From Escherichia phage vB_EcoM_SQ17: a DNA stretch of 64,000 nucleotides. Each line of letters opens with the position of its first letter. Position 1 is the stretch's first letter. Both the position numbers and the translations under genes were made by a program. This document shows positions 52,426-63,693 of this stretch, piece by piece. Location: the sequence record MW882907; one strand, written 5' to 3'. A model generated the notes under the pieces. It saw only the letters and a program-made list of their open reading frames with translations. It did no database searches and had not been told where the DNA came from.

Positions 52426-53594
52426 CAGTATTCCAACGTCCAGGATATCCTAACTTAAGCGTTAAATTATATCAAGATTATTCGGCTTGGCAAGAAAATA
52501 GATATGTTGAACTCGCAGCAACAATAACAACTTTAACCATGCGAGATTCGCTATATGGAAGAAATGAAGGGATTCTTCAATTTTATGACACTAAAAACAT
52601 CCACACTAAAATGGATGGTAGACAGATAGTCCAAATCTCTGTTTCAAATTCAAACACACCTCTCCAAGTTAGAACTCGAATTTATGGATGCAGACATTAT
52701 TCTGTGTCTGTGGACTCAAAAGGTGACAATATTATTGCAATTGAGCTTGGAACAATACATTCTATAGAGAACCTTAAATTTGGGCGACCATTCTTCTCAG
52801 ACGCAGGAGAATCTATACGTGAAATGTTAGGTGTCATATATAAAGACCGTACGTTAATTACTCCGCCAATAAACACTATTAATGCTTATGTTCCTGATAT
52901 TCCTTGGACAAGCACATTTGATGATTATTTGGCATATGTCAGAGAATTAGGACTTGCTACAGCGAGTGATAAGTTCGTATTCGTATGGCAAGATATTTTA
53001 GGCGTAAACATGATTGACTATGATACTCTTATTGGTCAGGAAGGCATTAAGATGATTGTAGGCGAGCCAAATACTGTAGGTCAGTATATTCAAGAGCTTG
53101 AGTATCCATTAGTATGGGATTTCACCTGGATGACTAAAGCTAACCAATTTACAAGAGACCCTATTAAAAACGCCACGGTATTCGCTCATTCATTTTTAGA
53201 TACATCTATTCCGGTTATTGTTACAGGTGATGGTGATAATGCTATTCTTGTGTCAAGATCAGGTGGATATTCTGAAATGACCTATCGTAATGGATTTGAA
53301 GAAGCAAGTCGTCTTCAGACAATGGCTCAATATGACGGATATGCTAAATGCACTACTACAGGTAATTTTAACATAACGCCTGCCACTAAAATTATATTTG
53401 TTGACCAAAAGAACCAATTCAAATCCGAATTTTACGTGGATGAAGTTATTCATGAGTTATCAAATAACAACTCACAAACTCATCTGTACATGTTTACCAA
53501 CTCAATGGTGTTAGAACCTGTTAACCCAGTTAAGGTTAAAAATGAACTTAAATCTGATTCTACCTCTAAAGAAAATAATTCTACCACAGTCTAA
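52422..53594 (+). CDS. 27: baseplate hub protein gp27
   Basis: 390 aa, synteny. Confidence 0.9.
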   Translation: MTVFQRPGYPNLSVKLYQDYSAWQENRYVELAATITTLTMRDSLYGRNEGILQFYDTKNIHTKMDGRQIVQISVSNSNTPLQVRTRIYGCRHYSVSVDSKGDNIIAIELGTIHSIENLKFGRPFFSDAGESIREMLGVIYKDRTLITPPINTINAYVPDIPWTSTFDDYLAYVRELGLATASDKFVFVWQDILGVNMIDYDTLIGQEGIKMIVGEPNTVGQYIQELEYPLVWDFTWMTKANQFTRDPIKNATVFAHSFLDTSIPVIVTGDGDNAILVSRSGGYSEMTYRNGFEEASRLQTMAQYDGYAKCTTTGNFNITPATKIIFVDQKNQFKSEFYVDEVIHELSNNNSQTHLYMFTNSMVLEPVNPVKVKNELKSDSTSKENNSTTV

Positions 53595-54075
53595 TAAAAA
53601 GGTAATGATTCCTAAATTAGGGCTCAAACATTATAATCTTTTAAAGGACGTTAAAGGTCCTGACGAAAACATGAAAATCTTAGCTGATTCTATTTGTAAA
53701 AATATGAGTCCCGCAGATTTTGATTTTGCATGTCTACACATATTGGAATTTAATAACAAACTTAAGTCTGAAGTTGAAAAAGATGGATTCACTTATAAAC
53801 TAGATGACGTCTATGTATGCCAACGAACAGAATTCCAATTTCAAGGTAATACTTTTTATTTTAGACCCCCAGGCAAATTTGAACAATTCGCTACAATCAG
53901 TGAAATGCTATCAAATTGCTTAATAAAAGTTAATGACGAAGAGAAAGAAATTTCTTTCCTTGAGATGCCTGCTTTTGTAATCAAATGGGCAGAAGACCTT
54001 TCGACAACTATTGCTATTCCAGGCCCTAATGGCCCTATTAAGGGTATAGCAGAAATTATTGGATTGCTTGAATGA
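53542..54075 (+). CDS. 28: baseplate hub distal protein gp28
   Basis: 177 aa as in T4, overlaps gene 27 end. Confidence 0.85.
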   Translation: MNLNLILPLKKIILPQSNKKVMIPKLGLKHYNLLKDVKGPDENMKILADSICKNMSPADFDFACLHILEFNNKLKSEVEKDGFTYKLDDVYVCQRTEFQFQGNTFYFRPPGKFEQFATISEMLSNCLIKVNDEEKEISFLEMPAFVIKWAEDLSTTIAIPGPNGPIKGIAEIIGLLE

Positions 54076-55844
54076 AACCTGAAGAAATGAAATCCATGCG
54101 TAGAAATAAGGTCATTGCCGATAATAAACCACAAAAAGTAGCTGCAACAGCAGCTACTGATTCATTAGAAGCATTGAATGATATTTCATCAAAACTAGAC
54201 GATGTCCAAGCCGCGTCTGAACTCACATCACAAAGTGTAGAAGATAAAGGCAATGGAATTATTGAATCAATTGGAGACTTAAAGAATTCGACAGATAATA
54301 CTGCTGAAGGCACAGAGCTTATCGCAGAAGTTATTGAAAAACAAACTGAAGTCACTAAAAGTATAAACGAAGTTTCTAGTGCAATAAGCTCCAAGTTAGA
54401 CCGATTAGCTACATTATTAGAGCAAAAATTACAAACATCTACCGCTATTCAAAATACAGGAGGCACCTCTCTTGAAGTAATTGAGAACGCAATACCTGTT
54501 AAAGTGGTTGAGAATGAAACTTATGATGAGCTGTTTAAAGCATTACCTACACCTGAAAAGATTGATAATAAGCCAGACGAAGATTTCTTCCCAGCCCCGG
54601 TTCAAGAAAGTGCTAATTCTACTTCTGATTCTAAAGGCGGGATTAGCTTTAAATTGAGCGATAAAATTGCAATGCTCACCAAAACAGTTCAAGCCGGGTT
54701 TAATAAATCAATATCAATTTCTGACAGAATTGCTGGAATGCTTTTCAAATACACTATAACGGCTGCTATTGAAGCAGCAAAAATGGCCGCACTTATTCTT
54801 GGTATTGTTATCGGTATTGATTTATTGATAGTCCATTTCAAATATTGGACAGACAAGTTCACTTCTGCCTGGGATTTATTTGATGAAAACTTTACTAAAT
54901 TCTCCGATGAAGCTAAAGAGTGGGGTAAATTCTTAAGTGATATATTCACTTCTATTGACTCTATAAAACAATTGTGGGAAGCTGGAGACTGGGGTGGTTT
55001 AACCGTTGCTATTGTCAAAGGTGTAGGAACAGCATTAATGAACTTAGGTGAACTAATTCAATTAGGAATGGCTAAACTCTCCGCGTCTATATTGCGTGCT
55101 ATAGGTTTTGGTGATACCGCAGATGAAATAGAAGGACGTGCTTTAGAAGGATTCCAAGAAACTACTGGGAACAAATTAAAGAAAGAAGACCAAGAGAAAG
55201 TCGCTAAATATCAAATGAAGCGTGACGATGGGGAATTAGGAACCGTTTCTAAAGGTCTTGATATGTTACAACGCGGCAAAACATTCGTTACTAACTGGGT
55301 TCGTGGTAATGACAATAAAGAAGAGTTTAGTACAAGCGATGAGCGTGCTGCGGAATCAGCAAAATTAAAAGAGTTACCTGAAGAGGAGCGTAAAGAGGCA
55401 TATATAAAAGCTAATGAAACTCGTGCGGCACTAGTTAGATTTGAGGATTATATCGATAAAATCGATATGACTAATCCGGAAAATGCTAAAAACGTCGAGA
55501 AGTCTTATGCCGATTTAAGTAAACTTATTAAAGACCCTGAACTTAATAAAACTCCTGTTGTTAAAAAGGAATTAGATGCTAGATTTGAAAAGCTAAATAA
55601 TAAAATGGCTGAAGCCAAAAAAGCTCAGACGACAGTTAAGCCTGAATCTTCGACTAAATCTCCGGAAGCAAAACAAGTTCAGTCAATAGAGAAAGGACGT
55701 GCTTCTGAATCTAAACAACAACAACCGGTAGCGGCGATTAGTAACACAAATAATGTCGTCAAAAAGAATACCGTAGTCCAGAATATGACCCCTGTAACAA
55801 GTACAACGGCTCCTGGAATTTTCCATGCCACCGGTGTTAATTAA
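54072..55844 (+). CDS. 29: baseplate hub/tail length determinator gp29
   Basis: 590 aa, helical with hydrophobic central segment. Confidence 0.9.
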   Translation: MKPEEMKSMRRNKVIADNKPQKVAATAATDSLEALNDISSKLDDVQAASELTSQSVEDKGNGIIESIGDLKNSTDNTAEGTELIAEVIEKQTEVTKSINEVSSAISSKLDRLATLLEQKLQTSTAIQNTGGTSLEVIENAIPVKVVENETYDELFKALPTPEKIDNKPDEDFFPAPVQESANSTSDSKGGISFKLSDKIAMLTKTVQAGFNKSISISDRIAGMLFKYTITAAIEAAKMAALILGIVIGIDLLIVHFKYWTDKFTSAWDLFDENFTKFSDEAKEWGKFLSDIFTSIDSIKQLWEAGDWGGLTVAIVKGVGTALMNLGELIQLGMAKLSASILRAIGFGDTADEIEGRALEGFQETTGNKLKKEDQEKVAKYQMKRDDGELGTVSKGLDMLQRGKTFVTNWVRGNDNKEEFSTSDERAAESAKLKELPEEERKEAYIKANETRAALVRFEDYIDKIDMTNPENAKNVEKSYADLSKLIKDPELNKTPVVKKELDARFEKLNNKMAEAKKAQTTVKPESSTKSPEAKQVQSIEKGRASESKQQQPVAAISNTNNVVKKNTVVQNMTPVTSTTAPGIFHATGVN

Positions 55845-55852
55845 GGATTATT

Positions 55853-56962
55853 ATGATTAGTGTAAAAGAAATAGTAGTAGATGCAAAGGATTTAAATAAA
55901 GCAATCCCAGTCTCAGAAAGTGCTGGGCAAAGCACTAAAACCGAAACAACTACTAAAACTTATGTTGCTCAATTTCCTACAGGAAGAGCAGCCGGAAATG
56001 ACTCCGCAGGAGACTTCCAGGTAACAGACCTTTATAAGAATGGATTATTATTTACCGCGTACAATATGTCTGCACGCGATTCAGGATCCCTCAGGAATTT
56101 ACGTCCGGCATACGCCGGCACTTCATCTAATGGTATCATATCAGATTTAACTGATAATGTGAAAGATGCAGTGACTAAATTCTCTAATGGGTTGCTTCCT
56201 GCCGGAGCTAATAAACCTACTATAAATAAAACTCCCGTTGCTAATATACTTTTGCCACGTTCCAAATCTGACGTTGATACAACTTCACATCGTTTTAATG
56301 ATATTGGTGATAGCCTTATTACTAAAGGTGGAGGTACTGCTACGGGTGTTTTAAGTAACATTGCTTCTACTGCAGTTTTTGGTGCATTAGATTCTATTAC
56401 TCAAGGGCTTATGGCTGATAATAACGAACAGATTTATACGACTTCTCGTAGTATGTATGGCGGTGCTGAGAACCGTACTAAAGTCTTTACATGGGATTTA
56501 ACTCCACGTTCAACTGAAGACCTTATGGCTATTATAAACATTTACCAGTATTTTAACTATTTCTCCTATGGTGAGACCGGTAAATCACAGTACGCCCAAG
56601 AGATTAAAAGTTATTTAGACGAATGGTACCGTTCAACGTTTATTGAGCCTATGACACCTGATGATGCAGTAAAAAATAAGACATTGTTTGAAAAGATTAC
56701 TGCGTCATTAACAAACGTATTAGTTGTAAGCAACCCTACAATTTGGATGGTTAAAAACTTTGGTTATACGTCTAAATTTGATGGATTAACTGACGTATTT
56801 GGCCCATGCCAAATTCAAAGCGTACGTTTTGATAAAACTCCAAATGGACAATTTAATGGTCTTGCTATTGCTCCTAACTTACCGTCAACATTTACGTTAG
56901 AGATAACAATGCGAGAAATTATTACATTAAACCGTTCTTCACTTTATGCGGGGACTTTCTAA
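55853..56962 (+). CDS. 48: baseplate-tail tube junction protein gp48
   Basis: 369 aa, synteny. Confidence 0.9.
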   Translation: MISVKEIVVDAKDLNKAIPVSESAGQSTKTETTTKTYVAQFPTGRAAGNDSAGDFQVTDLYKNGLLFTAYNMSARDSGSLRNLRPAYAGTSSNGIISDLTDNVKDAVTKFSNGLLPAGANKPTINKTPVANILLPRSKSDVDTTSHRFNDIGDSLITKGGGTATGVLSNIASTAVFGALDSITQGLMADNNEQIYTTSRSMYGGAENRTKVFTWDLTPRSTEDLMAIINIYQYFNYFSYGETGKSQYAQEIKSYLDEWYRSTFIEPMTPDDAVKNKTLFEKITASLTNVLVVSNPTIWMVKNFGYTSKFDGLTDVFGPCQIQSVRFDKTPNGQFNGLAIAPNLPSTFTLEITMREIITLNRSSLYAGTF

Positions 56963-57924
56963 TGTACTCTTTAGAAGAATTTAATAACCAAGCTATAAAT
57001 GCAGATTTCCAACGAAACAATATGTTTAGTTGTGTATTTGCTACTACACCGTCGACCAAATCGTCTTCACTAATTTCGTCAATTGGTAGTTTTGCTTATA
57101 ATAACTTAGGGTTGGATTCCGATTGGCTAGGATTGACTCAAGGTGATATCAATCAGGGCGTAACAACCCTGATTACAGCAGGAACACAGAAATTAATTCG
57201 AAAATCAGGTGTAAGTAAATATCTGATTGGAGCAATGAGTCAACGTACGGTACAAAGCTTGTTAGGCGAGTTCACAGTAGGATCTTATCTGATAGACTTC
57301 TTCAATATGGCATATAATAATACAGGTTTAATGATTTATTCTGTAAAAATGCCTGAGAACCGATTATCTTATGAAACGGATTTCAACTATAACTCCCCGA
57401 ACATCCGAATTACCGGCCGTGAAATGGACCCGTTAGTAATAAGCTTTAGAATGGATTCCGAAGCATCTAACTTTAGAGCAATGCAAGACTGGGTAAACTC
57501 AGTCCAAGACCCTGTAACAGGTCTTCGTGCTTTACCACAAGACGTCGAAGCAGATATTCAGGTTAATTTACATGCACGAAATGGTTTACCACATACCGCT
57601 GTCATGTTCACCGGATGTATTCCTGTTAGTGTCTCTTCTCCTGAGTTAACGTATGATGGTGATAATCAGATAACAGTTTTTGATGTAACATTTGCTTATC
57701 GCGTTATGCAATCAGGTGCCGTAAATAGACAGGCTGCTTTAGAATGGCTGGAATCAGGACTTATTAGTAGTGTTTCAGGAATGTTTGGAAATAATCAGAA
57801 TGATTCTGGACTAGGAAGTGCAGTATCAAGACTTTCTAGATTAGGTGGGACTGCTGGTGGTGTGTCTAATATAAACACATTGACAGGTGTGGTGAATTCT
57901 ACGTCAAGAGTTTTAGGACTATAA
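56962..57924 (+). CDS. 54: baseplate-tail tube initiator gp54
   Basis: 320 aa, synteny. Confidence 0.9.
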   Translation: MYSLEEFNNQAINADFQRNNMFSCVFATTPSTKSSSLISSIGSFAYNNLGLDSDWLGLTQGDINQGVTTLITAGTQKLIRKSGVSKYLIGAMSQRTVQSLLGEFTVGSYLIDFFNMAYNNTGLMIYSVKMPENRLSYETDFNYNSPNIRITGREMDPLVISFRMDSEASNFRAMQDWVNSVQDPVTGLRALPQDVEADIQVNLHARNGLPHTAVMFTGCIPVSVSSPELTYDGDNQITVFDVTFAYRVMQSGAVNRQAALEWLESGLISSVSGMFGNNQNDSGLGSAVSRLSRLGGTAGGVSNINTLTGVVNSTSRVLGL

Positions 57925-57935
57925 GAAAAAAAAAA

Positions 57936-57952
57936 GGGAGACAACGTCTCCC
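57936..57952. terminator. bidirectional hairpin GGGAGAC-AAC-GTCTCCC flanked by A10 and TTT
   Basis: same stem as hairpins at 22644 and 42618; between convergent gene 54 and alt-region gene. Confidence 0.65.
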
Positions 57953-57961
57953 TTTAGGGGT

Positions 57962-58255
57962 TTATTTACGGAATGAAAGGAATGCTGGTGCTCGGAATGG
58001 AGTATCATCTTTAGAGTATTTAACTAATACGACCATTGGTACCTCTGTTTCTAAATGACCTGTCACTACACCAACAAAAATTTGATCAGTGTGCTCAGGG
58101 TCGCGAAAGTTTTTAAGAGGTTCCATAGCAATATGGAATGCACCTGGGAATACTCGATTCAATTCGTCAATCACAGCTTCGTTAAAAGCATCATCCGCCG
58201 GGATAACATCTTCAACTACTAGTTCTTGACCATTAAAGCGAAGCATAGATTTCAT
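57962..58255 (-). CDS. hypothetical early protein (alt.-1-like position)
   Basis: Start moved to internal Met downstream of an early promoter. Confidence 0.45.
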   Translation of the reverse strand: MKSMLRFNGQELVVEDVIPADDAFNEAVIDELNRVFPGAFHIAMEPLKNFRDPEHTDQIFVGVVTGHLETEVPMVVLVKYSKDDTPFRAPAFLSFRK

Positions 58256-58284
58256 AACGTTTTCCTCATGTTGTTGATGGGATG

Positions 58285-58314
58285 ATAGTATCACACATCC
58301 ATGTGTTTGTAAAC
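58285..58314 (-). promoter_or_regulatory. T4-type early promoter
   Basis: minus-strand GTTTAC, 18 nt, TACTAT at the 3' end of alt. Confidence 0.5.
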
Positions 58315-60401
58315 TATCCTTGGACAAATTTAAACGGAACTGATTCTAAATCCATTAAAGATGCTAACAATTTCAATCCTTTAGGAGCACTAGTTTTTTC
58401 TACAAATGAGGAGAACGATACCGGCCCATCTGATTCGATTTCACCCGTCATAGCAACCACATCGCCTGTTTCCATGAGAACATCACCATCGTAAATGACA
58501 GCTTCGTCCAACTGGTCCGAGGACATAACTTCGGCTTGAATAAATTTAAGGTTGGATTCTAAACCTGCACCAGTGTCAGATGACGCATCTGTAATTTTAT
58601 TTATCTGCAAGAGAATGCCTCTAGGCAAAATAATTTCTTGCTCATTAGGGTGATTACTCAACTGTCCAGGATAAATCACGTTAACTTTATGAGCGCCATC
58701 AATAGCCCATCCAACGTTAACACGGATTTGTTCTGGTGCATGCATAGCTGTTCTTACTTGACTAGGAGAAATAGTAACACCTTCGTCATTATTATCAATG
58801 TTAAGCTCTTTGCGAACTTCTTCAGGAGCAAGTCCAAGGGCAACGTTCTCTTTAAACCCACCGAAAATAATAGGAGCTAGTGAAGTGGAAACATAGTTTC
58901 TGAAGTAGAATACCTTATTTTTAACCATTGCTTCGTAAATAGGCATTCTGATAGACTGAGCTCTATATAACGTTAGTCCTTCAGGTAAACGATCTCCATT
59001 TAAAAACGCCGAATCAAGACCATCAATAGCGCGTTTAACTTCATCTTCATCTGCAACATCGTAAAAATCTGGTTTATAACGACCTAACAGCATATTATTG
59101 ATATCGGTATACGCAGAAGAGGCATATTCACGAATAGCTCGTTTTTCAGCAACAGAGTATTGATTAGGGACCCGATTCATTGTTATATTAAAGGTGCCTC
59201 TAGCCGATTCTCGTGCATAAGTATACATCACATTAGACAAGAACGCTGATTTACGTTGTTTCCAAGTTTTTTCAGATACTTCAGCTAAAACGTCGTCAGC
59301 CAGTTGGAAATTATCACGTCTAAAATCTTCAAACCATTCGTCTTTAATAGAGTCTGCAATTTCATTTGCAGCTTCAACAAAAGCAGCTAATGCTTTAACA
59401 GATGTTGTTTTTTCAGTTTTAATTTTCTTAGCAAACTTTTCTAAAGTTGGCTTAATAACATCACCATAAGAAACTTCATCGGCAAATCTAAAGGATTCAT
59501 CAATACGATTATAAATCTTATTTTCGATATCAGCAACTAAAGTGCCTTTTGCTGTGGACGATGCTTGGGCTAGTACGATTTCATATGCTTCAGGAAGTAA
59601 TTCGGCTGTAGCTGGGCCACTAACTTCTTTAGCAGAATTTTCGTATTTCTGGAATAACTCACCTTCTTGTCGGTCAGCTTCTAAAGATTGACTTGCTGCA
59701 ATAGCACGACGAGAAATTTTAGTACGAGCAATAACAGGCTTATCTTTACGTTTTTCTTCTACAGCAGCAATAGAACCAGCGATAGCCGTTTCTTTGGTGA
59801 CCGTTTCGCCAGTCTTTTTACTCACATAAACTTCGCCAACATCAGAATCTACTTTCGTGTACAACTCTGTGTTAATGTTAGGGATGCCTTTAATATCTTC
59901 AATGTTAGCATTTTTACGAACCATCATCACATAGGTGTGTTTACCTGTGAATTGATACATTGCTGACAATACTTTAAAACGGCCACCGGTTTTAGTAGAA
60001 ACTAAACGAGCAAGAAGAGTTTGAAGTTGTTGTCCACGTCCTTTCAATTTCTTGGTAGGGAATCGGAACAGAACTGCATCCATACGAAGAGCTTTAACCT
60101 GTTCATATACTGTATTGAAAATGGTGTTGATTGCATCAATAGGAGCAGGACCAAGGCCATTTTTCAATTCAGCGAGATTACCCTTTTCAGACAGACTCAT
60201 AATAACAACATGAGCGTATTTGTCGCCAAGTTTAACTTGTTTTACAGCATCGCCTTCAGAAAGGTAAGAGAATAAGCGAACTACGATGTTTGTATCAACA
60301 TCACCAATTTTCCAGACTTGTGGAACTTTAGCTTTAGGGTTCAAATTGACGACAGGAAGACTGCCTTCAGATTCAAACACTTCATTCAATTGTTCAGACA
60401 T
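58314..60401 (-). CDS. alt: ADP-ribosyltransferase Alt (virion-packaged)
   Basis: 695 aa, position between gene 54 and gene 30 as T4 alt. Confidence 0.8.
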   Translation of the reverse strand: MSEQLNEVFESEGSLPVVNLNPKAKVPQVWKIGDVDTNIVVRLFSYLSEGDAVKQVKLGDKYAHVVIMSLSEKGNLAELKNGLGPAPIDAINTIFNTVYEQVKALRMDAVLFRFPTKKLKGRGQQLQTLLARLVSTKTGGRFKVLSAMYQFTGKHTYVMMVRKNANIEDIKGIPNINTELYTKVDSDVGEVYVSKKTGETVTKETAIAGSIAAVEEKRKDKPVIARTKISRRAIAASQSLEADRQEGELFQKYENSAKEVSGPATAELLPEAYEIVLAQASSTAKGTLVADIENKIYNRIDESFRFADEVSYGDVIKPTLEKFAKKIKTEKTTSVKALAAFVEAANEIADSIKDEWFEDFRRDNFQLADDVLAEVSEKTWKQRKSAFLSNVMYTYARESARGTFNITMNRVPNQYSVAEKRAIREYASSAYTDINNMLLGRYKPDFYDVADEDEVKRAIDGLDSAFLNGDRLPEGLTLYRAQSIRMPIYEAMVKNKVFYFRNYVSTSLAPIIFGGFKENVALGLAPEEVRKELNIDNNDEGVTISPSQVRTAMHAPEQIRVNVGWAIDGAHKVNVIYPGQLSNHPNEQEIILPRGILLQINKITDASSDTGAGLESNLKFIQAEVMSSDQLDEAVIYDGDVLMETGDVVAMTGEIESDGPVSFSSFVEKTSAPKGLKLLASLMDLESVPFKFVQG

Positions 60402-60456
60402 AGCGTTTTCCTTTTAGTAATAATTTATATTTATGCCAAAAAGAGCCCGAAGGCTC

Positions 60457-60666
60457 TTAATCCACAATCGGGAGTAAAGTACGATAAACTTCAAAATTAG
60501 GGCCTTTTTCGTACTTATCAAAATTGTCCATAAAAATATGATAGGAATCGTTATTAGGAAAATCTAATACAATTTGTGAACAAGAGGTGGAAACATCACT
60601 ACCGTCTTTATTAGTGACAACTACTGTTTCTAAATAAGCTTTCATTATAAACCTGTCTGGGACCAC
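60457..60666 (-). CDS. hypothetical protein (alt.1-like position)
   Basis: 69-aa ORF between alt and gene 30. Confidence 0.4.
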   Translation of the reverse strand: MVPDRFIMKAYLETVVVTNKDGSDVSTSCSQIVLDFPNNDSYHIFMDNFDKYEKGPNFEVYRTLLPIVD

Positions 60667-62138
60667 GATCCAAATACGTCTTCAAATGAATCCGCTTCTG
60701 TTTTATCAAAACGGAACCCTTTAATAATTGGAAGGAAAATACCTACAGTACCTTCACGGCCTTTAGAATGAACCCAACCATTACATTCACAATCAGCGAT
60801 ACGTCCAATTAATTTACCTTCACGAGCTTCGGTCATTAATCGTTCACGGTCTAAATCATGACGCTCGTCTAAAGGAATAAGAACCTTTACACCGTCAACT
60901 GTTTTATGAGTTGTATCTTTAAACCCTGAACCACAATCGGTTGTAATACGACGACAACGTGATACGAGTTCGACACCACCTAATTTGTTAGGGTCTTTAG
61001 AGTGTTCATAGTATCCTACAACTTCTAAAGCGATATCAATAACTTCTTTAAATTTAATTAGGTTCTTAGAGCGTTTGTTTTCCCAATATGAATCACGGTT
61101 TTTAAGGATAATACCTTCAAGACCTTGGTCAACATATTTTTTATAAACCACTTTAGCTTCGTCAAGATTACGAACTAACTGATTTTCAATTGGCTCAATT
61201 CGCTTAAAGCCTTCAGCCATATTTTCAAGAGCAGCAAAACGAACATCGTATTTCTGACCTTTAATTTTGCCATCAGAATAGACTTCATCTAAAGGAACAT
61301 AGTCCCAGGCTTGAAGAATCATACCTTCCGCTTCTTTAGGAGAAATAGTCCCCTGAAGAGATTTATTTGCTAAACCATTTGAAGTGCTACGGTCTGCAAC
61401 TTGTACTTCTTCGGATTCTTCATTGTCACCAAATAAGAACGACAGGTCGTTTCCTGAGCTCACAGCCTTTTTAATATCGAATGAATGATAAACTAATTCA
61501 CCATCGATTAAAACCCCATTAGGGTGTCTTTCACGAGCTTCTTTAGTCATTTCCATTAGTTCATCAGCTAATAGAGTAAGTCCATGGTATTCGTTACCGG
61601 CACGAGAAAAGAATTGAACACCATCATCGCGAACTTCGGCGAAACAACGAGCACCATCTGCTTTTAATTGGGCAAATGCAGGCCATTTAATATTTTTAGT
61701 AATCAATTTCTCATCATATGCAGATGCTAACATCTGTGGTTGCAATTGAATAAGTCCAGGCCACACCTTATTAGCAATAGACACTGAAGCACCTACTTCA
61801 AGGTCGCGCATCATTACACGACGAAGGACTTCTACATCATCGGGTTTACCATCAGCGATATAACCCATGAGCTCTTTAATTGCAGCGTTACCAGTGAGTT
61901 TACGAGTGGCTAATGTGAACTCAATAAAATCCAACATGTCATCTAATTCAAGAAGTCCATACGCTTGAGACCTTTCACCCGGCCCTGGCCATTTCTTAAT
62001 ATAATACTGGATACCACGTGCATATGTTAAACGATACACACGTTCAAGTAATTTGTTGTCCTTATTTTTCTTAAGGATTTCTTGTTTTGTTTTAGTAGAA
62101 CCGATCGCAGCTATTTGGTTTAAAATATCTAAAATCAT
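60645..62138 (-). CDS. 30: ATP-dependent DNA ligase gp30
   Basis: MILDILNQIAAIGSTKTKQEILKKNKDN... and KADGARCF adenylation motif match T4 DNA ligase. Confidence 0.95.
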   Translation of the reverse strand: MILDILNQIAAIGSTKTKQEILKKNKDNKLLERVYRLTYARGIQYYIKKWPGPGERSQAYGLLELDDMLDFIEFTLATRKLTGNAAIKELMGYIADGKPDDVEVLRRVMMRDLEVGASVSIANKVWPGLIQLQPQMLASAYDEKLITKNIKWPAFAQLKADGARCFAEVRDDGVQFFSRAGNEYHGLTLLADELMEMTKEARERHPNGVLIDGELVYHSFDIKKAVSSGNDLSFLFGDNEESEEVQVADRSTSNGLANKSLQGTISPKEAEGMILQAWDYVPLDEVYSDGKIKGQKYDVRFAALENMAEGFKRIEPIENQLVRNLDEAKVVYKKYVDQGLEGIILKNRDSYWENKRSKNLIKFKEVIDIALEVVGYYEHSKDPNKLGGVELVSRCRRITTDCGSGFKDTTHKTVDGVKVLIPLDERHDLDRERLMTEAREGKLIGRIADCECNGWVHSKGREGTVGIFLPIIKGFRFDKTEADSFEDVFGSWSQTGL

Positions 62139-62404
62139 TTGATGTCCTCGATTTTGGTTACGGTTCTATTATAAGCCACTTCATCTAGAAGCGATTTCAG
62201 CGTTTTCTGATAAGTGGTAATCCATTTACCGAGACCTTCAACATAATATTCTGAAATGTAGATGAACCCTTGTTCAACACACTCTTTAAATATTTCTGCG
62301 TCTTTTACTAAACGAAACATTGGCCAGTCTCGAAAGAACATGTTAACGTGACCGTAGTCACGCGTTGTGTTTTTGCCATCTGTAATATCATGAACTACAA
62401 ACAT
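62135..62404 (-). CDS. 30.1: gp30.1-like
   Basis: 89 aa, synteny. Confidence 0.5.
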   Translation of the reverse strand: MFVVHDITDGKNTTRDYGHVNMFFRDWPMFRLVKDAEIFKECVEQGFIYISEYYVEGLGKWITTYQKTLKSLLDEVAYNRTVTKIEDIK

Positions 62405-62413
62405 AATTAACCC

Positions 62414-63229
62414 TTAACAATTTGTAGACCAAGTCCATTTGGACGAATCTAAAGGAAAGTTTTGAATCGTCCACCACGGCTGCATATCGGTTGGTCCTGG
62501 GGTTCGCCAGGTATATGGATTCGACGGACCGCCAATTTGATTAGGCCCTGCGCCTGGACTTGTTGTACCAGATTCTTTAAGCAAATCCGCCAATCGTTTT
62601 AAAAGGTCTTCACGATCTGAATCTGAATTATGCTCGGGTGGAACCAAACGAGATTCAATATCATCCCACGTGTGTACACGTTGTGCAGTACGAGGAATGG
62701 CATCACGTTCACCACGAGCCAACCAATAAATTGGTACATTAAGAATTTCTGCCGCATGGTCACAGTGATGAGCTAAATCGTCAACGTAACAAATCACGTT
62801 ATATTTTGTTTTAGCTAGTTCGAATAATTGTTCCTTTGAAGAATCATGACCACACATCATTACTTCAGAGAAAGCGCCTGGGAACAAAGCATTCAAATTA
62901 AATTGTCTATTCAATCGAGCATCAATTGAATCACCTAGCGCCGTCACGGCTACAAAATTATAGTCTTCTTTTAGTTTATTGATAACTCGAAGAGCATCAG
63001 AATAAGGCGCTAAGTAACGAATAAAATCAGAGCGATTATATTTTTCTATTAATTGTTTACCGAGGTTATCGTCGGTATTGAATAGTTTACCAGGAGAAAT
63101 AAATTTTTCGTCCTGAATCATTTTTAAAATATGTTCTAATGGAAGATTATATTTTTGGGCAAAATAAGGAAGTCCAGATTGCCAGCTTAAACATACACCA
63201 TCAATATCAGTCAAAATAGTAGGTTTCAT
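62414..63229 (-). CDS. 30.2: HAD-superfamily hydrolase-like protein (30.2 position)
   Basis: N-terminal ILTDIDGV motif (DxDG[TV] of HAD phosphatases). Confidence 0.6.
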   Translation of the reverse strand: MKPTILTDIDGVCLSWQSGLPYFAQKYNLPLEHILKMIQDEKFISPGKLFNTDDNLGKQLIEKYNRSDFIRYLAPYSDALRVINKLKEDYNFVAVTALGDSIDARLNRQFNLNALFPGAFSEVMMCGHDSSKEQLFELAKTKYNVICYVDDLAHHCDHAAEILNVPIYWLARGERDAIPRTAQRVHTWDDIESRLVPPEHNSDSDREDLLKRLADLLKESGTTSPGAGPNQIGGPSNPYTWRTPGPTDMQPWWTIQNFPLDSSKWTWSTNC

Positions 63230-63693
63230 AAAGAGTCTCTTAATAGGTTTAACACATCAATAAATTCAGCTTCGGTTAGTATTGTATCATCTTTTGTTAG
63301 ACCGCTAGCCATGCTGTGCTTCAAAATTTTTCCTTTAGAGGCTTGTAAGGCATCACGAAACCCCTTGTTTTGGATCGCGGCTTCAAAATATGCATTTGTG
63401 TATAATTCTTTCCACGCTTCAGAGTATCTTGAAAATGGAACTCCTAACCAGAAGAGAGTCCCACGGTCCTGAGCTCTTGCATAAGACCTTCCGGCTTGCT
63501 GTGCAGCCAATCCAGACAACCTAAATATACGTTTTTGTTGTTCAACATTTTTCACCTTACATCCTTGGAGAAATCCTTCAAGTCCTCCGAATTGAATACC
63601 ATCCATAACAAAAGGCCATTGAGCAAAGTTACTTAATGCACATGACGGCCATGGAAAATTGCTTCTTATTTCTAATTCAGACATCTTTAACAC
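63226..63693 (-). CDS. 30.3: NADAR/YbiA-family protein (30.3 position)
   Basis: SNFAQWPFVMDGIQFGGLEGFLQGCK parallels E. coli YbiA FSNFAAWPIKVDGKTWPTSEHYFQAQK. Confidence 0.6.
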   Translation of the reverse strand: MLKMSELEIRSNFPWPSCALSNFAQWPFVMDGIQFGGLEGFLQGCKVKNVEQQKRIFRLSGLAAQQAGRSYARAQDRGTLFWLGVPFSRYSEAWKELYTNAYFEAAIQNKGFRDALQASKGKILKHSMASGLTKDDTILTEAEFIDVLNLLRDSL

